A stretch of 63,586 nt of DNA, the filler included, from Asterionella formosa (taxonomy: Eukaryota): the NCBI GenBank assembly GCA_002256025.1. It is 7 parts of 7 records of this genome, joined end to end, with 100 filler letters (N's around TTAATTAATTAA, not from the genome) between each part and the next. Parts side by side here need not be neighbours in the genome. Positions count along the whole stretch, not along the records: positions 1 to 27,326 come from NKIB01001536.1; 6 more parts are not named here. The stretch is one strand, 5' to 3'. The position numbers and the translations under genes are program-made. Positions 1 through 12,549 of the stretch are shown here, piece after piece (position 1 is the first letter of the stretch; each line of letters starts with the position of its first letter). The notes under the pieces were generated by a model, which had not been told where the DNA came from, did not search any database, and saw only the letters and a program-made list of their open reading frames with translations.

Positions 1-166
1 TAGGATCATTTGATCATATTTTTAAGATCAATTGATCCTGATTCTTGAAAAGAAATTTTGATCTTTAATTTTCTCATCAACGACACTGTTCATCATATGA
101 TCAATATGTTACTATGATCAAAGGTATGGGATAAACTAATCTAAATTCATTGATTTAAGGTCATAC

Positions 167-1513
167 TAGTTTATACCGGAATAGTTGCTCATGCATGCAA
201 CCCCTTCCCCCCTGTATACAGTATGGAAGTGATCACCCCCAAGCTACCAAATCTTTATGTCTTGTAAGAATTATCGCAGCATGCATGCATACATGACTCC
301 TACTGGTATACAATGCGGAAATGATGACCACCAGACTACCACCAATCCTATAGGTCCTGTAGAATTATCGCAACATGGCTGCATATCTAATAAAAGGGCG
401 GGAGGAGTCATCCATGCACCTCTATAGTATGGAATATGGAAATGATCAAATATAGCTAGTCTACACAATGAGTAGTGCATCATATATGCCCTGCTGTTAT
501 TATTTTAATTCCTATGAAATCTCTTGATCTGTTCTGCGCTTTTTTGCCACCACAATTGTTTGTTTCATTGGCTGTTTCACTGGACAGCATTCGAATTGAT
601 TGTGCTTTGAACGAAGCAATGATCAAAGTCCACCACATTGCAGAATGGTGAGTCTCACAACTAGCTAAGTATCAGCCAGTCGATTAAAATTGGACTGTCT
701 TTTGTGCACCCTCGTTGTGTTTGTACTTGACTTGGCAGCTGTCAGCCAAGAGCAGCCATGATGGTATGCCACCATTTATTGTCTATACAAGTTTCGAATG
801 CGTTCAGCTATGATTACTTTTGCTCTTCCCTCCTAAACACTATCTCACCACCCTTGTCATAGATTTTTCTTTATCCTTTGGCTGCACAGGCCCAGGTTAC
901 TCAATGCCTTCATCTGCAAGGAGTTCAGCCAATCAGGCCCACGTTGGCGTCAAGAAAACCTCAACCCCGATTTTCCTCACATGCTCCACCCATCTAATTC
1001 TTCATTGATGAAGTCGAGGTAGCTATATTGACGACATCAGGTGCTGGCGCAGGCTTGTTGTGTATAGATTGATGATGGTGAAAGCAATGCTTCCTTTTCC
1101 CGTAGGTACCTATTTGTCAACATTGTTTGGGTCAATCCATTCTTGTTCCCGCACGACCAGAAGCAATTATCCCTTTACTTCTCCTCCCAAGAATCTTCAT
1201 TTCTCTTTCACAATTGTCCTGATGTTTGCAGAGAATTTTTAGTTCTCTTTTGATTTTCTCGCTCGTTTCGGTCCCTTTTGCATTCAAGTCAAGAAACAAG
1301 CAACTCATTGAGATTTCTGGAAGTTTTGGTCAGTGGGAAAATACAGCAAGCAACAATCAACAGATCATGGCGGCTGTTCTTTATTTTCGGTAGCAAGTGA
1401 CATTCAAGAAGGGTCTGGCATCATTGGGGAGAAAGATTAGTAGGATTCTCTGTGTTTGCCCCGCCCGTTTGGCAGCTATTCTACCATTGCTTCCTTGCAA
1501 CAATCAATACTAG
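167..1513 (-). mobile_element. Degenerate Tc1/IS630-like DNA transposon fragment (copy A; copy B at 27740-29100)
   Basis: Colinear with 27740-29100 over about 1.35 kb. Broken minus-strand frames give GVEVFLTP..LAELLADEGIE, VIIAERIRNLYRQ and ETHHSAM, which parallel GVLVDRTPKCHCELAGEGIEY, VLTTKRIRHFSRR and KTHRCAL of the transposase at 45034-45594. Many stops and frameshifts. Confidence 0.7.
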
Positions 1514-1539
1514 CTAGTATAGCTAATGAAAACCGTTAT

Positions 1540-4050
1540 TAGATGAAATGTGACTTCCGGTTTCTAATATTTTACATTGTTGCACTACTGAAACTTGAAT
1601 CCATAAATGGGCATTCAACTTGTGCTTGCTTCTTGCATTTTTGCAGTATAGACTGGCTGGTGTTCGATAGGCCAAAGTGTCTCGCTTTTCATGAGCATCC
1701 ACAAAGTACTAGTGCTTTTGTCGAGGTTTGTGTCTAAATCCAACTGCTGCCATCCATTGAAATATTCCAGATACATCAAAGAATACGCTCCTGTCTTCAA
1801 AGTTAAGGAACTAGTACGATGACAAAGAAAATCTAATGAGACATGAAAATTACGAAACCAGAATCACAGTGTTACTATAAATAGACGGCACAGTCTAATG
1901 CTTCTTTGTGCATATCGCCTGGTGCTATGCTGCGTTTCAATTGTAGATGTATTACGTTCTTGTTAGAGAGACGATGTTACGGAGAAGTAGATTGTGCTGT
2001 TCTATAATGGATGTTGTTTAGCTATGATTGAGGTTGTAACACTGATTGATGCTCTGGTGACAGACCGGAAATATTCATCTTGTGTGATGATCCATTTCGT
2101 TTTCATTGGATTTCTTTTCAAGCTCTTAACAGATTGCATAGTACAAACATACTGTGCAATGTAGATGATTCATCGAAGACATATGATGACTTGAACGACA
2201 AATGAAGATTTTATCACAAACACTTGTTCCTTTCGACAAGGCTGGTTTGTCATTGTTGCAAGAATCAGAGTGAGAACTGGTGAGGATGATGAGCCAAACC
2301 ACATTACTCTAACTGGTACATTATCCTGCCAAGAAATTTTAATAAAGGAACCTAAAGGAAACAATACATATAATAATTAAATTTACATAGTCAAAATGGT
2401 TACTATTTAAATTACAAGGGCATTTATCAAAATTATTAGATGATATAACGAAAAATTATGATCAGATGATCATAATCCCATGATGCATCATGGAAATATG
2501 ATGGTTTTTATTTGCAGACGCTGGCTATTCGTATTTCTCTTTTGTGTTGTGGTGTTGTCCATTAGTACTGTTGCCTCTGGATCAACTGTGATTGTTTTAC
2601 CCGCAGTTTTTCAAGGATTGCTTCAGTGATAACCGCTTGCATCATTGTGGAGTGTTGAGTTCCTTGTGGCAGTTTCCTCGGAATCTGTAGTCCTTGCAGC
2701 GTTTGTTTTTAAGGTTTTGGAAGCCTCTTTAGCTTAAAGAAGAGGAGTGTACTTGTTGCTGCTGGATGTGGTGTTAATTTCGAAGCTATGTGAGTCTTGA
2801 ACTGCGTTGTAAGACGACCCCCTCCATGTCCCACCAGTGATAGTATTGGAGGGCGTATCATTGTGTTTTGTTGTCTTTTCGATTTTCGTTTTGGTGACTG
2901 TACTGGTTTCCAATCATCCTCGCTCATCGTCAATTTCAGTGTGCAACATTAGGTATTGACTGTCTCTTGTACTGATACTCGCTTCTTCCCTCTCCCTTGG
3001 CATACTATTCTCGAAGTTTTGGGGTTCAGTTAAGTTTGTCATGTTGTCAGTAGTGTAAGCAATGTGCATGATCCGGAGCCCATGTCCCATGATTTACGGT
3101 AATATTGGACTGCTGGTCCCTAATGAGCTACTGTTTATCAGCATTGATCTCTACTTCCTTGGCCGTTGTGTGTCTCCTTGTATATCTTGCTGGGTTTCCG
3201 TTTGGTCGTCAGGATTCAAAGGATTGTGGCTGCTAGTGACAGCCTCCATTACTGTGGGCTGATCTGTAATGAATTTTTGTGGCAGTGCTGCTAGCGTCAT
3301 AACTTTGTTTTGTTTGTTTTAAGTTTCCTTTCATTGTATGTTCTCATCTGTTTGTCCATGTCGTTTGTCCATTCTGTGGTGGAAGGATTTGCTGGGTCTG
3401 TTGGTCTCATCTTCTCTCGAATGCTGTTCTCTGTGGAGCTGATGTTGTTCCTGATTAACCTGGTTCGATGTGTCAGTTTTGTCTGTCCAGTCATCTTTAC
3501 TTTCTTTGCCTGGAGCCTGTGCGTACGCCACCGTCTTGTTCGTCTTAAAGATTGAGTTCCCTTCATTGTTATGTTGCTGTTTGTTGTTGTTCTGGGAGTC
3601 TTTCGGTCTCTTTCGGCGTTGTGCTGTGTTTTGTTGTAGTTTTCAATCAATGTCTCCGTTCTGTCTATCCACTTGTTGTGATGGTCATATGCTGGTAGTA
3701 CTACCGGCTGCATCTCCTGGTTTATATGAATCAGATTAACTTCTTTGTAGTATTGTTGTGTTAATGGTTTGATCGATGTGCCTGCTCCTGTTACATCCAT
3801 CAGATCATCGTTTGGGTCATAAGGGGGTTCTGCGTTCATCAGCGCATATTTCGCCTCAAAGTCTATCATCAAAACATCGTTTGCATCCGTTTTTAATCGG
3901 AGATAGACCTCCAAAAGTAGAAACTGATGCATTGTGGGATTCTTGCATATGGCTGGGGCTATGGTGGTGGAGCGAGCGTTCCTCCGCCATGGTAGGGGGG
4001 GGGGAGTTTCCTTCTACCAGCGTGCTACGTAAAAACACCGTAGGCGCCTA
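1540..4050 (-). mobile_element. Probable decayed non-LTR retrotransposon 5' region (ORF1-like)
   Basis: Interrupted minus-strand, A-rich, T/N/K/R-rich frames (e.g. ORFs 3297-3932 and 2709-2933) start after a C-run near 4000 and are broken by stops. The ORF1 assignment rests on composition and context only. Confidence 0.3.
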
Positions 4051-6844
4051 GTATGATACTTTTTAAAGATGTGTACTTAGTATCATGCTGTTACAATTTC
4101 CATCTCGGTGAAGTTATACACAAATATATAGAAATGGATTGAATAGTAGTAATTTAAATATCATTATAAATCATGTCTAGCCCTACTACATTTGAACCTG
4201 CCTGCTAATCGCCTTTTCGTCATCCTTTGCTTGCTTCAGTGTGCTATCTTTCTTTAATTACTTCATTAGCTAAGGCGACGCCTCTGGTTTCCTTAGCCTT
4301 CCCCTAATTCCCATGTCCGCTTTTCACCACCCCAATTCCAGGCTAACGTCTGCAAATAGAAAACATCTTATTCATGTGATGCACCTTAGTCTATGATGAC
4401 AATCATATGATTATATAATTTCAATACAGTACCTAAAATGTAAAACAATTCTTATCTTCTTAAATTAAGTAGAAACCTTTTTGGACTAAGCTTGTTTACT
4501 CTTCATTTTTGTTCATGTTGTTCAGTTTCTTTGTAGATTGATGTACCAGCGAAATTTTGGGTTTATTTGTGATCATCATACTTGCTCCGCTTTCGCTCCG
4601 TCTTCAACACTCAAACAATGATGACGATTTGAATGATTGTATTGTTCCTCAAGTCTTTATGACGTGATTGTTATGTCATTATCATGTTTCATCATAATTT
4701 GTCTTTGGAAACGCTCTGTGATGACGATTCAACCAAGAATTGATGCAACAACCAAGTAATGGTGCCGCTGACCTTCGCAGCATACACTGTCGGTGATCCA
4801 GCAAAGAATCGAGACCAACGACTTGAATGTTTGTCCGATTACATAGTTGCTCAAGCCTTCATGATGTAAGTCTTATTGTGGCATCATCATGCCACAGTAT
4901 ATTGAGTGAACGGAGTGTTTGTACAACAAATTGCTTGATGATTCTCTCAACAATTCACCTCACAACCAAAGGTTCTTGCCATGCATATCAATTTTTGTTG
5001 GTTCTTATTAAGACGACAACAGACACAGCATTGAATAAAAATACAACGATACAACAACAACTAATTCTCATTATCATGCAGAAGTGCCTTGATATTCATA
5101 AGTTTTTGCAAACCTTGTTCCATGATGATTCCCTCAAGAATTAACCTGACAACCAAAACATGCCTTGGATTTAATACACAGCCGGTTGTTACCCAGTCAA
5201 CAACAGATGCACCATTGAAAATCTATTAAACATCAATAAGTAAAGCAATGTCATTGTATTGCTTAGAATTTTTTCAGTATGATCAGAGTATCCTTATTGA
5301 GTATTTGTTTGAATCTGCTATGATCGCCGCTTTAACGTCGTGCAGTTGTTATCATCGATTGGTGCGTGTTTTATTATAGTCCATATCGATGTTGGCTCTG
5401 TGACGAAGAGCCTTGTTGTTGCCATGTTTGCTTGTTGTTCTTGGGGAACCCACTATGTATATGACCTCGTGAGTAGAATTACCGGTTTTCAACAACTTGA
5501 TATTGTCATTGATGAACGAATCATATTTTTTCCACCAAATACAATCCCCTGATTATAAAAATTTGATGATATCTTTATGCTCGAAAGATTGCCAATAGCT
5601 ACATAAATCATATATAGCCTATAGTTTAATACTTTCACTCAAAAACAGATCGTAACAATAAGATTATATTATCTTAAGATAACAGCAGCCAGTCAAGAAC
5701 TTATAATTCATTATTACATCCTGAACCTATGGGCATCACAGTCAGCACTCACCAACTTCGAAAGGAATTGTTCGCCGATCACCCATCTACCTTGTTCTGC
5801 TTTTCCCCCTTATATCACTCTTGCTTCTTGATTCTCTAATCTCTTACTCTGGTTTTACATTTGTCTCCTCTTATCTCTTACTACTCTAGTTTTACAATTG
5901 CTTGCCCATTTGCTCTTCTCAATTGGTCTTACCGAAAGAAGATGTTGATCCTTTTATAATTTGTGTTTTGTTATCCTTATCAAAGTAACAAAGAAAAGAA
6001 GTGCTGAGTTGTTAGTTATGTATTGCTTGTTTACGCCACAACAAAGCACTTTAGTTTCTATATTGACCTACCACTTCTGGATGTATTTTATAATATTTCT
6101 GAAAAAAAGGGCCAGTAAATTCTTGCATTAATACACATCATTCTTATTTGTTCCAACACTTTCGTTTATACTGTACTAATGCTGTATCTTTTCACTATCC
6201 TGAAAGAATCAATAAGCAGCATGTGTCATTTAAGTTACATCTATTGTGAGTTCATCCATTCTGTCTGTTTTTCAATGCAAGCACTTACAAACTGTCTTTT
6301 GTCCATATCAGTAGTCTTCCATGACCGAATGCAAAATAATCTGCTGAATCACTTGAAGAAAAAGCAGTCATTTAGTCTTTTGTTACTACAACAATCAATC
6401 AGCCTGATTTTTGCCCTCGACATACCATAGATTCCGTTCTCTGTTCCATAATCAATCCATCGAAGCCTTCATGTGCTTTGCATTGTTGTTTTGTTGTGTC
6501 ACTGAGTTTTCTCTTGTCATTTTTACATCTTTCACTTCAATAAGTTTGCATGAAAACGAACGTGATAAAAACACGATTTTAAATGTATCAAACATGTATA
6601 TAATTATAAAATTTTGTAAATGCATAGCTAAATATAGGATAGTATGTTTTACAGCCCATTTGTGCTCCTTTTTTTTTAGGCAAATCTTTCATTGTGCTAC
6701 CTGCTGACAAGACCTGTGCTTCCTGCTCGCTACCACCTAATGCAAAAGTGATGGTCTTAGCTCTAGCATTAGGAGAATCTCCAACCACCTAGCGCAACCC
6801 ACTATTTCTTGCACACCAGGCAAGACTTTGGGGGAAAGTAAAAA

Positions 6845-6952
6845 GTGTGGGAATTGAACCCAATAATTTCTTCTCAAAAAAGTTGTGGGAATGGAACCTT
6901 GTCACAACCTCAGATCAAAGGCAAGGTGCTAAACCACTACTAAGCCACAAGT
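6845..6952 (-). ncRNA. Degenerate tRNA-like Pol III head (A box + B box), SINE-like relic
   Basis: Minus strand reads TGGCTTAGTAGTGGTTTAGCACC...TGAGGTTGTGACAAGGTTCCATTCCCACA, followed by a second B-box-like GGGTTCAATTCCCACA. It resembles the head at 55482. No intact cloverleaf. Confidence 0.4.
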
Positions 6953-7971
6953 TTTATCTATCATAAAAAATACAGGCTAAAACAACCCAGAAAATAAAAA
7001 CGTTTGACTATCATAAATACAGCAAAGGTTGAATGTGAATCTCTTTCCCCTACTATGATGCTGGCTGGATGCATCATGTTACTACATTGCTTGGGTAGCC
7101 ATGGTAGCTACTGGTACAAAATAATACTGGCTACCAGTACAACATAATTTTAGCTTAAGTAAAATGCTCTATATAAAGAACATATATATGAATAAATTTT
7201 ATGTACACATGCATCCGCAATCTTGTTGTTGTCATCATTGCATTGTTCATTCAGCATGACAAACATGAAATCGAAGTCCATTGTGCAGCAATGGGTGTGA
7301 AATCGTTGTTGTATCTTCATTGCAACTACTAAATGATCTTATTTGAGACATTCCTGTACAGTTTCAACTCCAGCTTTCCCACTATCAAGCTCAAGAGAGT
7401 GAAACCATTTGTCATGTAGGTGTGGATCTCTGGTCTGTGCCCAACTCAAAAAGTTCATATATAAAGCAAATTGTTTCATCCCGTGCCGCTTCCAGTGTTT
7501 AATAGTAGTGCTACTCATGAAGGAAAGAAAGCTATTTGAAGCAGCATGGGAGGATGTTCTATTGTTGAGTAAAGCAACAGAATAATAACAACATGGTGGA
7601 TGTGATTATAACAATGCCATCCAAGGCGCAAAATATTATATACCACAGGTTTAGGGTTTATGCTAATACTAGGCCTACAGGGTCTACCTGGTGGCCCCAA
7701 AAATTGCATCCAGCCATAACATAGTTCACACTCACATGATTTGCATTGCATGTATTTACGAACTACTGGTAGGACCGACTACCAGTGCAGGTATGTTCTC
7801 AGGTGCACTCCCAACGGCATAAACTGCGGAATCAAAACAGGAAGTGCTCGTGAGTGAGCATGTGTGCGTCCCCCATTTCCGTTCGTTTGTCGTCATTTGT
7901 ACACGGCTATTACCGGTACGGACTTGTTTGTACGTAAACAGAAGCTGGATCATTCGACTTATCAGGTATTC

Positions 7972-8009
7972 GGTACCTGGTACCTGGTACTGGTACCAGG
8001 TACCAGGTA
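7972..8009. repeat. (GGTACCW)n palindromic heptamer array
   Basis: GGTACCT GGTACCT GGTACT GGTACCA GGTACCA GGTA, about 280 bp upstream of the ATG at 8292. Confidence 0.85.
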
Positions 8010-8291
8010 GTAGAGTTGCATGTTTACTTTGGTACATGAATAATTCATATAGCGGAATAATGGTGTACATATTTATTGGTGTATCCTCATGATAAAAAAT
8101 AAAAATTCAAGTCGTACCTCGGCCCTACAGATTATACAGCCACATTTTTCATACTGGTGATGGAAAGCCAGCCACACGGGAGCCGAATAATTTGTTAGTA
8201 TGGTCAGTTGCGCCGTGTTCTCAAGACTTCGCACAATATCTTCTGAATCCATCCGTTGACCAGCTAGGACAAAAAAAAGAGCAACAAGACA

Positions 8292-9500
8292 ATGACATCG
8301 ACCAATCCTGAAACCGGAGAGACCATCGGGGGAAGATCTCCTCGATTCATGCACTGGTGTGCACTCTTGGTTTTCGCAACCATTACCATGGGCGCCTCTG
8401 TTGAAGAGGTGAGTAGACAGCTTCGTTAGTGGAGGGAAGGCTTGTCCGGCTAAACCCGCTCTTGAAACTGGCGTAGAAATCCACCGGATTAAGTACCAAT
8501 TCACGAAACAACATTGATGCCAAGACTGAAGCTTTATGAACTTCACCTGTTGCCCGCGTTCTAATAACTTCTCCTCCTTCCTCTCACCAATCGTCGCAGA
8601 GAAACACCAATCCCGGCAGCAGCTCTAGCATAAAGGACCAGAGATGGTCCATTTTTTGCTCGGCCGCCACCTTCACCCTTTCCATCATTGTAGTTCTCAT
8701 GCATTTGCACCCCATTGGAGCCACCCTTATTATTGGCACTAAGGTGGAGGGATTGTTGATTTTGGTGCTCACTGCCTTTTGGACTGCTACTGTTAGTATT
8801 GTCAGTGATGCCCGGCATGGACTTGCTGTCGATGAATCCGGGGTAGTGACGAATGGAAATCTATACTATTTCAGCTGGGCTGGATTCGTCTGTGCAATCA
8901 TGATGTGTGTGAGCTTCCTACGAGGTGTCTTCGGTGTTGATGTAGTGGGAGAATTCAAAGGCCGATCAGAGCGTTTGACGCCGTGGTCGGCACTTCTTGC
9001 GTGTCAAATGATTGTGATGGGAACATGCGCAAACATCTTTGACCAGGACTGCACTCCTATCGTCGATGTGCCTGTTGCATTTTGCACTCGAACCAAGTTT
9101 GGAATTGCTATCGGATGCATCGGCGTCGCTTTCAGCTTGGTATGTAGATGATTTACTGTTTGGATGAATTGGGATGCGTGTATCTCACCGCTAGCGTTTC
9201 CTCGTTCAGGCTATAGTGGGTATCAAGATTGCTACTTCTTCTGCTCCGTTTATGTTGGAATCTCTTTTTGCAATCATTTTGACCATTCTCAACGGCTTCG
9301 GGGTCGCTTACTTGACGTCAGCGAAGGGTCCTGGTACTGGTTTAGGAAATTTGTATTACTTTTCTTGGGGCTCCTTGTTGGTGTCAGTCATGCTATGCGT
9401 TTCTGTCGTGGAACAGCGCAATAGTGCGAGACCAGCTCCTCAGGACGCAGGAAATGGAGAAATTCCAGTCGAACCACTAGACTCAGATGGTGGAATCTAA
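8292..9500 (+). CDS. Multipass membrane protein, 3 exons, ~315 aa, internally repeated GNLYYFSW motif
   Basis: Exons 8292-8408, 8600-9139 and 9210-9500 with GTGAGT..CAG and GTATGT..CAG introns splice in frame (MTSTNPETG...SVEE|RNTNPG...FSL|AIVGIKI...). Many hydrophobic segments; GNLYYFSW occurs twice. Confidence 0.85.
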
Positions 9501-10119
9501 GTTGGCACCATGACGGTAGCCGCTGAAAGAAGATTTGGCTTGGATATTTTTATGTTATAGAAACAGCAAATGTTGGTTTTACATAACGAGCTTTTTATAA
9601 ATCGTATACTATGTTTCAGTTGGCACGTCACCAATCCAGCCAATTGTTCTGCGACTCATTTGATTTCAAATCCTGGTCTTAACCAACCGGGAGCTTTGAA
9701 TAGTTATTGTGATGCAATACTTTTCAAGTCGTTGCGAGATATTTCTCCGCCAATAGGAATTCCATCTTAGCCACAGAAAAATGGGAAAGGAGGTAAATGT
9801 AGAAGTGCAGTCTATCCTTTTTCGGCAAAGTGCTTCACATTTTCGCACTATATCCAACTAAATTGAGCAAAATCGTTCAAATCTTAATTACGATACATTA
9901 CAAAATATAGCTTATGCAATTTCTCAATAAAACATACATGAGCAGGTTATCGTCGCCCTGTGCGCTCCACATGCGATTTCCCTGCCTTCCAAAGGGTTGA
10001 AGTGAAAATTCGTTTATAGAAACAAGAGGAAGGGACAAGAAGCAGAAAATTATTGCTCTGACAAAAAATCAACCTAATGTGGAGTGACCTCGCATCCATA
10101 TTCACCTTGTCAAAGCATT

Positions 10120-10783
10120 CTATAATTCCTTCGGGTGCTGTTTGGATGACGGCGAATTGACCATCACACTCAAAAAGTATGTCCAAAGACTTGTCACGAC
10201 CATGACGACCATGGAAGAATGAAATTCACTGTTTTCGCCGTCTGAGTGTTCAGGTTTCATCGCCAAAATATTGGACGTTACCCAATCCCTCGCCATTACT
10301 TCAAAACCGATTCGATCCAAGTAGGCCGTCAGTGTAGAACCCAACAAGATGGCTGTAAGTCCAATGGGAAAATTGCTTGCTAGCGAGGAAACATACTTGG
10401 TTGGCCATCCAAAGACCAACAGGCATGTCAGAGCGTGCCCCAGTGGAATGAAACAGAAATATATGACTGCATAGATGGTTGATGCTGCAAACGCATGTTC
10501 CAATTTAGCGACGGCTTGATTATAGAGAATCACAAAGAGGATATTGGACATGAAGCCAGTAGCACCAAAGCGGATCTGCATAGGTATGTTGCTCAAGTAT
10601 CTGTATTGCATGAGTGCGATGGGCAGGGCGTTGGAGAAATGCGTCAATCAGGTTGTTTGCGCACATAATGACAGTGCAATCGACGAGTGACACAATAAAG
10701 TATACTCACGGATGCAGCAAATTAGGCTTTTCTGCTACTTTCTGGGAAGAATTCGACTTCTTGTATGGCAGCAAGCTCTCCAT
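10120..10783 (-). CDS. Small multipass membrane protein, 2 exons, ~184 aa
   Basis: Exon 1 10783-10710 (MESLLPYKKS...LLHP), GTGAGT..CAG intron, exon 2 10600-10120 in frame (YLSNIPMQIRFGATGF...). About 4 hydrophobic helices; a GtrA-like topology is possible but unverified. Confidence 0.75.
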
Positions 10784-11177
10784 GTGACACAACGACGACG
10801 TCGAGGAGTCAAGGCTGTCGAGCGTATCAGAGGAAACCATTCGTTTCAGAGGAATTATGTAATCTGACATGTACTTTCTTGGCAGGTGGGTTGAATCGCG
10901 AGATGGAAGCTATGTTGATTGATCGAAATACTTCTATCCTAAGAAAAGCCTGAACAAAGAGATATTGTTGGCTATTATTCCCATTTGTATTCCCATTTTT
11001 TATGTCCATTCTTGATTTTACTGTACGTTGAGAATATCTTGTACAGTACATACCGGTAGGTGCTTGAATTCAGAAATTTTGGTTTCAACGTGGTAGAGAG
11101 GTCGTTGGAAAGAAACTTTGGACGGCGCGCATCCTACACAAAAACGGTAAATACGTAAATACACTCACCCGTCAAGT

Positions 11178-11451
11178 GGTACCTGGTACCAGGTACGGTA
11201 CCAGGTACCAGGTTGTCACACATTTACCCTTAGACCTGGTTCACGCGGACCTGGTTGGTACCTGGTACCTGGTACTGATACCAGGACTATGATGTAATAT
11301 CCAACGACATGTTGCCCGGGGTGTGAATACCGGCATGGGTGGTTCCAGGGTACCTGGTACCTGGTAACAGGTACTGTACTGTAGGCAGAGTGGAAACCCA
11401 AACAAAAATATGATGCTCATCACATCACTACGTGGTACCAGCTACGGTACC
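11178..11451. repeat. Clustered (GGTACCW)n arrays in a divergent promoter region
   Basis: Clusters at about 11178-11213, 11257-11285, 11349-11375 and 11435-11451, between the divergent starts at 10783(-) and 11617(+). Confidence 0.85.
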
Positions 11452-11616
11452 CCGTATGTACGGTAGATGTGCGCGCAGCACCAACATCCGCCTTCTTGTC
11501 GACCAGTCCGACCGCAACATTTACCTCTTACTTCGATCTGTCTTCCGTGGTATCTGGCGAGTTTTTAACGAATGTTGAGCCTCGACACATCTTGTTTCTA
11601 TTAATATACCCTGAAA

Positions 11617-12335
11617 ATGGCAATCATCAGTGAGTTTGCGCTCGTTCTCGATTGTTGGGAAGTGCCGCATACAGAAATTTTAAGCATAAGATGCGAAGAA
11701 CTGCAGACGAGAAGAATCGAATGCTATGAAGATTTCCATGTAGTTATTGTAACAGGAATGCTTCATTCATCGTTCCGGTTGTTAGTCTGGGCTCAGGACC
11801 TAAATGATGAGGACAATTATTCGTTGCGTTGCGGCGTCAAAGTACATAGCGGTAGTCCATGGGTTTTCTATACTCTTGCTTACATTGTGCTCCTTCGTTG
11901 TTCTCCACAGAGACTGGAAAGGTTGTTATTGTCCTTGCCGGACGATTCGCTGGACAAAAAGCTGTTGTCGTCAAGACCTTTGATGATGGCACCCCCGACA
12001 AGCGTTATTCTCACTGCTTGATTGCTGGAATTGCTAGAGGCCCCAAGAAAGTCACACGAGCCATGTCCAAGGCAAAGATTGAAAAACGATCAAAGTGCAT
12101 GAAGCCTTTTGTCAAGTATGTTAATGTCAGACACGTGTTCCCCACTCGTTATGTTGTTGATCTTGATTTGAAGAAGGCTGTTGATGAGGCCGATTTGGTT
12201 GATGCCGAGCGCAAGGTTGATGTCAAGAAGAATTTGAAGAAGGTCTTTGAGGATAGATACCTCAACCAGAAGGAAGTTACTAGCGAGAAGAAGGCTGCCG
12301 GAAGCTCTTACTTTTTCCAGAAGCTGAGATTCTAA
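11617..12335 (+). CDS. RPL27: 60S ribosomal protein L27 (eL27), 2 exons, 145 aa
   Basis: Exon 1 11617-11629 (ATGGCAATCATCA|GTGAGT), exon 2 11911-12335. The spliced protein MAIIKTGKVVIVLAGRFAGQKAVVVK...PTRY...FFQKLRF carries the eL27 signature. Confidence 0.97.
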
Positions 12336-12549
12336 ATGAAAGGGTTTATGATATAAACAACTATGGATTTGATAGAATTTATTTTGTTCCAGTGTTATGT
12401 GTCATACTTTCCATTGTTGGATAGTTACCGGTAGTTGCTTGAATGAAATCATGAAACAACGAAAAATTAAATTCAGTATTTCAAAACGCTGCCATTGACT
12501 AGATGGGTGACTTTAGTTGTATGCTACCGACGTCACATACCGGTACTAG

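Noticed and set aside
4400..7760. Stop-riddled minus-strand remnants, probably old transposons
   Set aside because: CpG-poor and decayed, but no motif could be assigned with confidence.
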